Source: Fimbriosthenelais zetlandica (Eukaryota). Taken from it: 64,000 bases of DNA. Positions 14,221-24,704 of this stretch are shown here, piece after piece. The translations under genes were made by a program, and so were the position numbers. The notes under the pieces were generated by a model. That model saw only the letters and a list, made by a program, of their open reading frames with translations, made no database searches and was not told the origin of the DNA. The stretch is taken from contig OZ365118.1 of assembly GCA_977030845.1 (NCBI GenBank), positions 22,940,001-23,004,000 of the forward strand. The letters are read 5' to 3'. How positions within the stretch are numbered: the first letter of the stretch is position 1; each line of letters begins with the position of its first letter.

Positions 14221-14740
14221 TGTTATCTGTGAGCATTATTTGTGGGCCATGTGAAGTACACCCGTCCCCCGCCAGGCGTCATCAGCCTCCATTAGCCCTC
14301 ACACAAGTACAAACCACTCTACCCAGGATCAATCTCTACCTTCTCTCATCTTCTCTCTTCCTTTCTCTCTCCTTTCTTTCAGGAAAGTTTTCAAACAGAG
14401 CTCATAAGATAGCATCAATGTCGGGGAGGTGTGGGCAGGTTTGAAGTGGTAGAAGAGAGAGTAGAGATGAGACATGGCCGGCTCTCACTCTCACATTTTT
14501 AATGAGAATTTCTAATAAAACCTTGAGTCTACATGGACTAGTTACCCAGCCATCTCTGTCATTGATTCCTGTTACTTGTCATCCACCTAGAGACTGGAGC
14601 TCTGTCTGTGACCAAGGTCGATGTCACACGGATCAAACCCCTCACAGGGCTTTGATTATTGTCAGAGAGAGAGAGAGAGACAAGCAGAGACAAGGAGAGA
14701 CAAGGAGAGACATGGCGGATAAGATAGGGATGAACAGGTG

Positions 14741-14885
14741 GGTGGATGGGTAAATGAATGGATGGGTGGATGGGTGGGTGGATGGATGGATGGATGGATG
14801 GACGGATGGGTGGGTGGGTGAATGCATGGATGGATGGATGGCTTGATGGATGGACGGATGGATGGCTTGATGAATGGATGGATGG
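14741..14885 (+). repeat. (GGAT/GGGT)n microsatellite
   Basis: Direct reading. Confidence 0.9.
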
Positions 14886-15635
14886 GTAGGGATAGTTAGC
14901 TGTCTGGTCTCTATGGTATACTTTATAACGAGCATCTTCAGCCATCATTACCTGTCACTAATCATCACATTGTTATCATTATTTTCATGGCGTTCTGCCC
15001 ATAACCGGTCAAGGACATTCTGACCGAGAACTTCAATACTTGAAAACTTCTGTGGGGCTTACTTCATGAGCTTATTGCCTCATTAAAAACCTTGGTGCTT
15101 TTTGCTCTAAAAGGACACTTTACCTTCCTTCACATACCATTAACTATAGCAGTTCCTTCACATACCTTTAGACATTCATTTATGATCTATCTTGATTTGA
15201 TCTGGACGGTAAAACAGATGGACTTGTACTTGATATTTCTTTCTCAGTGACATAAAATATTATTATGAGACATGATATATTATTATGACTCAGTAGAAAA
15301 CCAGAAAACGACGCCGTCCATCAGGAATATTCATGTCTGTAGGAGTTGGGGTGGCGTATGAGGGGCAATACGCCAGGCCGGGGCTATATACGCCAGCCGG
15401 GGTACGCCGGAGGTATATAGTGAGATTTATTAAGCAGGTTCAGGGATTGCCTCGTGGCATGTGAGCTACAAGTGGAACCCCACCTTACATGGAGTAGAAT
15501 GAGGACGCATGCCCCTGCCCGCCATCAGGGCTATATATAGACCATAATAAGCCATGAAGAAACATGTAGCCCCACCATAAAACATAAAACCACCGTCAGA
15601 GGGGGTGATTGTGGCGGAATACTGCATACATAATG

Positions 15636-15648
15636 CCACCAGAGGGCG
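15636..15648 (+). promoter_or_regulatory. CTCF core motif (exact)
   Basis: CCACCAGAGGGCG matches CCRSYAGRKGGCR; immediately followed by a partial second site, CCATAGATGGCA. Confidence 0.6.
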
Positions 15649-16660
15649 CCATAGATGGCATACTTAGATATAATACACATCATATATATGTAAACTACTT
15701 TATCTATTGGATAAATATGTCAATTTCGTGCTAATATATTCACCTGTTCAAAGCTAATGTTTCTAAAACATTCAATAAAACTTTTAAGATAAATATCACA
15801 AATCATTCAATATTCTACACAAATAGGCCCACCCACGTCTCTATATGCCCCGTGCGGGATTCAGCTCCCCTCACTATAGCTACCTTAAAGCCACCTTGCT
15901 GGAATATGCAATTGCATTTCATTTCATGGCGATATTGATATTACATCGGGTATAAGGGAATCAATTCATCTCACTTAGGTAAGTGCTAGGCCTCTTTTGT
16001 AATTAAGAAATATGTGTTTGAATGACTTGGAATGAAGACAATAAAAGAAAGTCGGGTGCATCGTGTAATTGGATTTCACCGACAGTCGGACAGTGATGGG
16101 GGTGGGGGGGGGGGGGGGGTAGGGGGGGGGGTGAATGATTGATGATAATGATGTATAGACAAATAGCTGACGTCAATATGAGAAATTTACATCCTATAGC
16201 TATAGTGTAGGCTCCACCCACCTTCCTACTTCAAGATCTCCACCCTATCTCAACCCACAGTACAAACCCCCACCCATGCCTCTACCAATAGGCCTCCCCA
16301 CCCCCTGCCCCCTCAGGCCTGTATGTTTAGGTCGAGGCTCATTTGTAATTAGATTTACAGAATCTATAGCCGTCACGTGATATGACCATCTATAGGTGTA
16401 AGATCACTAATCAGTAATCACTATTATCACTATAACATGATTCTCTATTATCATTATAACATTACATATAAAAGATGAACTTTTCTCCAGTATAATAAAT
16501 AAAGCTTTCTCCAGAGAGTAACCATTACACTTATCAATCACTAGTGTAGTTTGAATTGGCATCACAGGTATGTATATAAACACAAACAGGTATATAAACA
16601 CAAACACATCTCAATGAGAATATGTCAGTGAGAGAGCGACTTGCTTCATCACTTTGGTCT

Positions 16661-16909
16661 TGTTTACATTTGTTTACATTTGTTTAAACATCTTAAACTA
16701 AACCCGCTGCGTATATAGAATACCACAGAATACCAAACCTGGTTCATAAGACATTTAGGAACATTTGTACACAATTTGAGTTAAATGCGGTGACGAGATA
16801 ACAACCGGGAGAGCGAAAACAAACCAAGCGGGCACAGAAGCTGGCCACAGCATCGACCAACGGCCGCCATTTTGTTTTACCTGCGACTCCACGTGGAAAG
16901 TAAACAAAC
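16661..16909. promoter_or_regulatory. Forkhead / YY1 / E-box cluster
   Basis: TGTTTAC x2 plus TGTTTAA at a 10-bp period (16661-16690), GCCGCCATTTTG (16863-16874), CACGTG (16890-16895) and GTAAACAAA (16900-16908). Confidence 0.3.
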
Positions 16910-17074
16910 GGTTGCTAAGACAAATATAACGAGCTAAGACAGATATCTCCGGGTCGACCGGATAGCCTGGGTCATATTGAGGTGAAACACTACTCACTTT
17001 TGGAATGTCACGGTAGATAACGTGGTATAAAACGCCTTTTTCTGCTACCCGTCTCCTCCTCCTCCTCCTCTCAC

Positions 17075-17136
17075 CTGAAGCGGCCATTGCTCAGCAGGGA
17101 GCATTTAGTTTACACGCTTCCCGTGAGAGGCGCGCC
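17075..17136 (-). other. Candidate first exon, copy 2: GCA ATG GCC GCT TCA G|GTGAGA (MAAS, phase 1)
   Basis: ATG at 17087 and donor GTGAGA at 17074-17069; paralogous to copy 1, 184 bp away. Confidence 0.4.
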
Positions 17137-17258
17137 GGTGAGAGGGAGGCAGGGAGGGAGAGAGGCAGGGAGGGAGAGAGGGAGGCAGGGAGAGGGATAG
17201 AGATAAAGAGTGAGACAGGAGAGAGATAGAGAGGATTTAGAGAGAATAGAGGACTTAC

Positions 17259-17342
17259 CTCGTGCAGCCATGGCTGAGCGGGGAACATTTTAGTGTTTAG
17301 CGGGGAGCATTTAGTTCACACGCTTTCCGTGAGGGGCGCGGC
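17259..17342 (-). other. Candidate first exon, copy 1: GCC ATG GCT GCA CGA G|GTAAGT (MAAR, phase 1)
   Basis: Good-context ATG at 17271 and consensus donor GTAAGT at 17258-17253. The 5' part is homologous to copy 2 and runs into the gap. Confidence 0.45.
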
Positions 17343-17470
17343 NNNNNNNNNNNNNNNNNNNNNNNNNNNNNNNNNNNNNNNNNNNNNNNNNNNNNNNNNN
17401 NNNNNNNNNNNNNNNNNNNNNNNNNNNNNNNNNNNNNNNNNNNNNNNNNNNNNNNNNNNNNNNNNNNNNN
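17343..17470. other. Assembly gap (128 N)
   Basis: Run of n bases. Confidence 1.
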
Positions 17471-17852
17471 GAGTGAATGTCTATAACTTCTCTATCCCGT
17501 CTTTTTACATCTCTAGCTCACTGTAAGGTGGCGCTGTGTAACACCCGGGAGAGATGTATGTCAGGGAGAGGTTAAAGGTCACGGTCTGACCTATTCATAT
17601 CCATTTCGAGGCTGTCGCCGTGCAGATGACATGGTCATCTTTACCGTTTAGCCCTGGCGTGGCCTGACCATCCCACATCATTCATACCCACCATTACCCC
17701 ATATACAGCGGGCATTGAATATAAAACCATATTACTCTCCTGCCCTGTCCCCACTTGCTGCCTCCCCCGGCTCCCCCATCCCCCCCCCCCCACCACACAG
17801 TGAGACGATCATTAAGTATAGGGGGCGGTGTAATTAATCGAGTTTGACCTTC

Positions 17853-17865
17853 TCACCAGGGGGCG
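17853..17865 (+). promoter_or_regulatory. CTCF-like motif (1 mismatch)
   Basis: TCACCAGGGGGCG. Confidence 0.45.
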
Positions 17866-18796
17866 GTAGAATAGGAAGCTAACATAATGGTGTGGAGCGG
17901 GCGGCAGTGAGAGTGAAGGTGATATTGTCCAGCACCGCGCCCCGCCACATTCATATCAACCGAGAATTGATATGAATGCTGAACCACTTCATGAATAATA
18001 GACGCCATGTCAGGACGAGCATTCTACAGGAAAGGCAATCTATTTGTCTGGGTAAAGGTGCGGTAAGGAGACGGGGGGGGGGGGGGGCTGGGCTGGAGAC
18101 GGGGGGGGGGGGGGGGGGTGGAGACGGGGGGCTGGAGCGGAAGACCCAGCTCTGAGACGCTCTGTCAGAACTCACCGCTTTGTAAAATATTCATTAATTT
18201 AGATTTATATCCACCAGAGGGTCATCTTGACCAGTGATGATTGATATAGGAGGGTCAAGATATAGAGGGGGCGGGGGGGGGGGGGGGGGTGAGGTACAGA
18301 GGGGACCTAATGCCCAGGCGGTATATAGTATTTATAGCAATACGACTATATCCCTGATGTCTCCTTATATAGTATAACATACACATCATATAGACATGAA
18401 GTAAACCTCAAAGCTGCCGTGTATAGGCCTGGGTATAGGCCCGTATATAGGCCTACAATGATGTGCAGTCTCACATCCATGTCAGGGACACACTAGGCCA
18501 GCCTCATACAAGGCGCTCTAAGCTCACAAACTGCACGTAAATTATCCACAAATAACGGCTGTCTGCCATTTTTAATTTCACTAGAACCTTTGTCTTCAAA
18601 AGAAGGCAGCGCTAAAAGACTATTTTAGACTTGAAGGACGTGGAGAAGCAAAGCATCTCAAGGCCGGCGTGTTGAGGAATCTCAGAGGTCAAAGAGAGGA
18701 CATTCCATGGCCGCCATCTTGTTATACACAGGATGGTCGCTAGGTGGCCACGTGATGAGCCTCGATCTCATAGCGAGGCTGACCCTGTCACTGAGC

Positions 18797-19155
18797 AGAC
18801 GGCCGGTAGAGGGAGAGGGCAGTGTTAAGTAGATGGCCGGTAGAGGGAGAGGGCAGTGTTAGTAGGCCTAGATGGCCGGTAGAGGGAGAGGGCAGTGTTA
18901 GTAGATGGCCGGTAGAGGGAGAGGGCAGTGTTAAGTAGATGGCCGGTAGAGGGAGAGGGCAGTGTTAGTAGGCCTAGATGGCCGGTAGAGGGAGAGGGCA
19001 GTGTTAGTAGATGGCCGGTAGAGGGAGAGGGCAGTGTTAGTAGATGGCCGGTAGAGGGAGAGGGCAGTGTTAGTAGATGGCCGGTAGAGGGCAGTGTTAG
19101 TAGATGGCCGGTAGAGGGCAGTGTTAGTAGATGGCCGGTAGAGGGCAGTGTCAGT
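18797..19155 (+). repeat. Minisatellite, 11 units (eight of 33-39 bp, three of 27 bp), carrying CTCF-like and YY1-core motifs
   Basis: Unit AGATGGCCGGTAGAGGG(AGAGGG)CAGTGTTAGT. Units 1-3 are duplicated as units 4-6 (106-bp block). The 27-bp units contain exact cores CCGGTAGAGGGCA at 19081, 19108 and 19135. Confidence 0.95.
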
Positions 19156-19234
19156 AGTGTAGCATCACGCCGTCTGATGGCGCCACCACCAGACCACAAT
19201 AGTGATGAATTAGGACAGCCCTCCACGACAAACA

Positions 19235-19247
19235 CGCCCCCTGGTGG
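19235..19247 (-). promoter_or_regulatory. CTCF core motif (exact, canonical)
   Basis: Minus strand CCACCAGGGGGCG, facing the plus-oriented array. Confidence 0.6.
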
Positions 19248-21199
19248 TGAGAAAAAGGTGCGAATGGCACAACAATAAGGAAGTTGGTTGGAAAAGGGCT
19301 GGCGATAAGGACAGGCGATTATGATGGAGGAGAAGGTGGGGAGAAGGTGGAGTAAGGAAGATGGATAGAGAGAGACCATCCCCCACCCCCCACCCCCACC
19401 ATGTCAGCTCCCCCCACATGATAATTACGGCAGGTATAAATATGACCCGCCTCATGATGACAGAGACAGAGCATGATTGCCACTCACACACTTTGTAAAA
19501 TGTATCGATAAAGGAAACCACTGTAACATTCTTTATTCCGACTCCTTCAACCACCGCCTTCATTAATACCTAATTAAATGACATCCATCTTTATATTGAT
19601 CATCTCCTATTGCTGGTTTTTAACTCCGTCAAAGTTTGAGTTGTGGCGGAGGGAATGTTGATGGAGGATTAAAAACAAAGAGATGTTGTGAGAGGTAAAC
19701 TAACATGGAACATGGGGCGGTCGATGTGTGACTGGGGGAGGTGAGGGGGAGGTGAGAGGGAGGGGGGGGGGGGGGGGAGAGGGAGGGGGAGAGGGAGAGG
19801 GAGAGAAGGTGAGGATGGAGGCAGGATGAAGACCCTCCACACCACTTGCTTCCATTGATCTTTCTCGGTCATGGAGGACTGTGAAAGCTGGGAGTGTCCA
19901 ATCAATAGAAGCACAATATCATGGCCCACACTTCCTCTCACAATATCATGGCCCACACTTCCTCCTTGGCCCACCTGTTCATGGTAAGATTCACCAGTGC
20001 TGAAGATGGCCACCAATCATTCAGCTTCACAACAGAAAGTGTGATGCGGAATAATGGAATTAAAGTCACCAATAAAACTGTCATAATATGGGGTGAGGGT
20101 GAGGGGGTAGTGGATGGGGGGCCAGGGGGCAGGGGCAGGGGGTGAGGGGTTGGGGTGAGAGTGTCTTGGATGAGTCACTGCTGAGACCAAAGTGGAAATG
20201 GGCGTGAATCTCCTGACTAGATTAGGAAATAATCATCATTGAATTATCATAAATTCGATTTGGAGTTGCACAAATTCACAGATTCTCAGATGAAGTGTTT
20301 TGCTAGGAGACTAAACTATTTACCAATGACTGTGATGACAGCTGAAGCCTCCTGATACCATCAAATTCCTGACAAACCCCAAACCCCCAGATTCCTGCCT
20401 TACACACCCAAATCACCAACCCAAATCACAAATCAAAGCTGTCATATGTAGGTTATAGCTGATGTAGCCTGACAGACTACATGCAGGCTGCTGTGATATT
20501 TTTTGAACCACATTTCCCTACAAGGCAATACTTTTTATTAGCCATGTAAGATGTGAGATGAAGAGAGAGTACCTTCCCCCCTGTCTCTCCCTCTCCTCCT
20601 CCCTCCACACCTAAATAAACCTCCCCCGAGCCTGCTAGCTGAGGAGAAACAAGTAGGTAAACACTTGACCACCTCTCACACGCCACTACCTCCACTTCCC
20701 TCTCTCTCATTTTTACATAAGGCAGACACTCTTATTTACAAACCTGCGGCCCCCAACACTCCACCAAAACCTCTCCTCACATTCTGCGCCACACCATCCA
20801 CCTACCGCCAAGCCCTACTGTAAACACTAGAACCAGCCATGGCATCCGCCTGGGAAATTAGGCATTGCCTTATTGGTTTTCCACTGAGATCATTAGAATA
20901 GTGAATCTTAGTGGTAAGCCATTCATTGACATGGCCATGCTTGGTGTGGGTGCTGGTAAGGCAGCGTGTATTGTGATTGAGGTCCGGGGATCACCTGTGA
21001 CGGACCCAGCTACTGTACACTGCCCTATAATAATAAAATGACCTTATACCGTCCTCCCGGGAGATGGTCAAACTGTGGTATGAGAAGGTGGACATGTCGG
21101 GGTCAGTCTTGACCACTAACTGTGGCATTTACCTTTACTATAGCAGCATTGATACCCCAACATCCAAATCACTGACCACACGACCACAGTCAGAAACTA

Positions 21200-21405
21200 T
21201 GTGACAATATACAGACAACTGGTCCTGTAACATTACAGGAGGGTCATGTATTACACAATGAAACAATGTGACAATATACAGACAACTGGTCCTGTAACAT
21301 TACAGGAGGGTCATGTATTACACAATGAAACAATGTGACAATATACAGACAACTGGTCCTGTAACATTACAGGAGGGTCATGTATTACACAATGAAACAA
21401 TGTGA
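21200..21405 (+). repeat. 67-bp tandem repeat x3 (identical)
   Basis: Each unit contains the inverted repeat TCCTGTAA-CA-TTACAGGA. Confidence 0.95.
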
Positions 21406-22402
21406 GAAATACAATACAGGCGATAGATACAGGCAATAAAATAGGGTCCTATATTTCATTTTACAGAACTGACTCTTGTTACCCATACCGTCCTGAATTT
21501 TACATGACCCCCCTGTATTCTCAGCGTACCTGAAACTACTAACAGTCCATCCTTGTTGTGAGACGACCCCTTTTTATCGTGGTTCATATATTTACTCACA
21601 TTGACATATCGGTCAATAGTTATTGTATTATTGTCTCTGTGACCTTTCAGCTCTATAAGAGTTGGTGTTAAATTATTACCAGCTTTGTAGATGAGCCCAC
21701 CAGCCCGGCTGAGCGCCCACCAGCCCGGCTGAGCCGAGAATCTGACTAATTCCAGGCAGGACTACCAACAAATCGAGCAGCTTTTTAAAAACAATCTCGC
21801 GGCTAATAGAGGACGAGGGGGCATACTCAGCCTTTGTGAATAAACCAACTTTTCAAGTCGGATAATGGCGTTGCTATGGTAACGTGGACGCTAGAGGGGG
21901 AATGGTGGGTAGGCTGTGGGGCGGGGGGAGGGGAGTAGGGGGTGGGGGGAGGGCTGGGAAGTGAGTGCATCTGAATAATGTCCTCTTTGATCTGGCCTCT
22001 AACCGGGTGATGCACTCATCAGACTCTCTCTCCATTCTCTTCTCTTTTTATCCAAACTTCAACAGCAAACAAACAAGCTGTGGTCGTCTATAATTCTCTC
22101 CCCATCTCAGCTAAGCTTCTCTCTAAACTATACTCAACACACACACTAGACGACTATTCCCTTCTATTAATGGTTCCTTACGTATTGAAATAATTCCTCT
22201 TTCTATTAATCAAGCATTTTGTTGAACACCAATGTTCAAAGCTAAGGTCAGGTAAACATCCGTGTATGGCCTACCTCACAGTAACGGTGATGTCTACCAT
22301 TTATAACGTTATAAAGTCATTCATACCCACTATTGTCATTGTTCTGGTTTATTATGGGTTCAGGTATCACTCTAGCCCACCTCACCTTTAGTTACCTGTA
22401 CA

Positions 22403-22415
22403 CCGCCAGGTGGCG
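22403..22415 (+). promoter_or_regulatory. CTCF core motif (exact)
   Basis: CCGCCAGGTGGCG(CT). Confidence 0.6.
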
Positions 22416-22879
22416 CTTCATCTCAATGTAAACCATGGTTCATGGCCGGGAATGAAATATAAAGAAATAACTGCCTTTTGATGTGAGGTTTATATATAAA
22501 AGTCAGCTGGAGGTAGGACGAGGAGGAGGTGAGTGTTAGCTCACAATAAAACCTCAACTTTATACATAAAATATACCAGATTAGTTTATATAGAGAGGCG
22601 AGGTGAGAGGTGAGAGGGCAGGTGAGGGAGGAGGGTCATGGGGGAGGATATTTACACCTACCTGGACATGAATAACCTAGTGACAACAGGTGAATAACCC
22701 ACCTATACCTACTATAGACACCCCTGATCCACGGTGGCCAGGTGAAGACAGGGTAAATGGTGAAAGGACCATCTATAAAAGACCTTTATAAAAGGTGAAA
22801 GATGTGCTTCATTTATGATCCAAAGGTCATAAAGGGTGGTTATTTGTATATGTAACATGTACATATAAGGATGAGTGAG

Positions 22880-22913
22880 TGACCCGTGACCTCTGACCTC
22901 TGACCCGTGACCC
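22880..22913 (-). promoter_or_regulatory. Five tandem RGGTCA half-sites in DR1 spacing
   Basis: Minus strand GGGTCA-C-GGGTCA-G-AGGTCA-G-AGGTCA-C-GGGTCA. Confidence 0.4.
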
Positions 22914-24593
22914 GGTGAGGCTGACTGATATGTGAACATCGACCAGGGTGGTACCTTTACACCTGACAGGTGTTATACAGGTGTACTCAGGTGTTAAATA
23001 GGACTTAAATCCAGCTTTAACACGAGTACTGGACAGTGAGTGGACAATGAGGGGGAGACTGACCACCCACGGGTTATAGCCAGCCATGTGTGACCACTCA
23101 TACACTATAGGGGGCGCCACGGGGGGTCAGGGGTTAATATAATTACCACCCAGCCTATAGAACATGAACCTCCAAATAACTCCTCAATGACTCCTAAAAT
23201 AATTAACTCAATCTAATCAATGAGCAGTTTTTCTCCACCAGATGTTCTTTTCACACTTTCGGGAGGATTTTGTTACCGATCCGTGATATTGTACTCGAGC
23301 CATTACAATACATGGCTGTTATTGTCAGACCATTACAATACATGATTGTATCTTGTTGTTCATGTCAGGCCATTTACAATGATCCACGTGTATTAGATTA
23401 ATTACCTTAATGTGCCTTAATTAGCACTCAGTGTGATATTGAACATGAATCACATGAATCAATATGAACCTCACGGACTATATGAGTATTACTGCAATAT
23501 TCACACTCATTCACGATCCAATCTCAAGGAGAATTGGAAAAAGTTTCAGTAAAGTTGAAAGCACTTTAGAGTACAAGAGGATGAAATGAGAAAGTATTCC
23601 CCGGGAAACAAAGAAGCAATTAGCGGGCGAGGGGTGTTGAGGGGTGGTTGGGGAAGTGGGGGGTGGTTGGGGGGATTCCTGGACAATGGTGGGAGATGTA
23701 ATTAACGAGTACATTAATGGTGTGACACTCACAGCTATTAACTGGCCATCTCCCAAACTACCTACCCTCCCCCACCCTACCCTCTCACCACCCCACCCTA
23801 CCCTCTCACCACCCCACCTTACCCACCCCACAACATCCCAGACAAGGGGTGTTCCATTAAAAGTTCCTGCATCATTACCCAGTGCTGTGTGAGAACTTCT
23901 TGACCTTTTTTTAAAAAACACAATCTGAGACCCGGCCTTGTGTAACAGCCTGAGAGAACATGGCAGGCGGCCAGGACTGCCCGGGGGGGGGGGGGGGGGG
24001 ACTGTGACGGGGGGGGGGGGCAGTATGAGTTATACACCTGCCGGGGGTGGGGTCATCTAGCTAGAGACATGCATTGCATGATGCAATCATGCACCTACAT
24101 GCAACCTCAAATGCATCATTCACCTTCCATCTAAGGTGACTTTTGGTCGCTGTCATAATAAATGTAATAGAACCTTATTGTATTGGTATTGTTTCTCTCA
24201 TTTCTCTGGATTCTGAATTCATAAAATGATACCAGATTGAGAGATGATTCTGTGGCAGACAAAGCTGGCTGAGTGCCGTGTGGAGGTCAGGGCCTTCTCA
24301 CGACAACTATACAATAGTTACAACTCACTTAATGAGAGGGCATTATGAGGCGTTTAACTGAGGCGGGGTGGGTGTTTGTTGAGGCGGGGTCGGTGTCTTT
24401 TATCCATTCAGCCTCTGTTATGAGCGACTCTGGAGTCATGTAAGAGCTACTCGTCACCATGGAGGTTGTCATGACATCGTGGAGGTTGTCATGACATCGC
24501 CTCATTGTGTTTGTCGCTACATGATATCTATTGTCCGCGTGAGGCGCGTGGTCGCGTCATCTTCACGACGCATGCGCACCTCGCGCGTCATGC

Positions 24594-24606
24594 TGCCCCC
24601 TGGTGG
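24594..24606 (-). promoter_or_regulatory. CTCF core motif (exact)
   Basis: Minus strand CCACCAGGGGGCA(GC); next to an NRF1-like ACGCATGCGCA (24568-24578). Confidence 0.6.
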
Positions 24607-24615
24607 TAGCGACCC

Positions 24616-24704
24616 CCGCTAGAGGCGCCCTGGTCGCCGCTAGAGGCGCCCTGGTCGCCACTAGAGGCGCCCTGGTCGCCGCTAGAGGCGCCCTGGTCGC
24701 CGCT
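24616..24704 (+). repeat. GC-rich 21-bp minisatellite x4
   Basis: Unit CCRCTAGAGGCGCCCTGGTCG. Confidence 0.95.

Noticed and set aside
16755-17087. 110-aa ORF MAASGERRRR...
   Set aside because: A strong donor follows codon 4, so the rest is most likely intron; the Arg run comes from an (AGG)n microsatellite.
17069-17342. Spliced-leader (SL) RNA gene interpretation of the duplicated donor cassettes
   Set aside because: No Sm-binding site after the donors, and the post-donor sequences are unrelated between copies.
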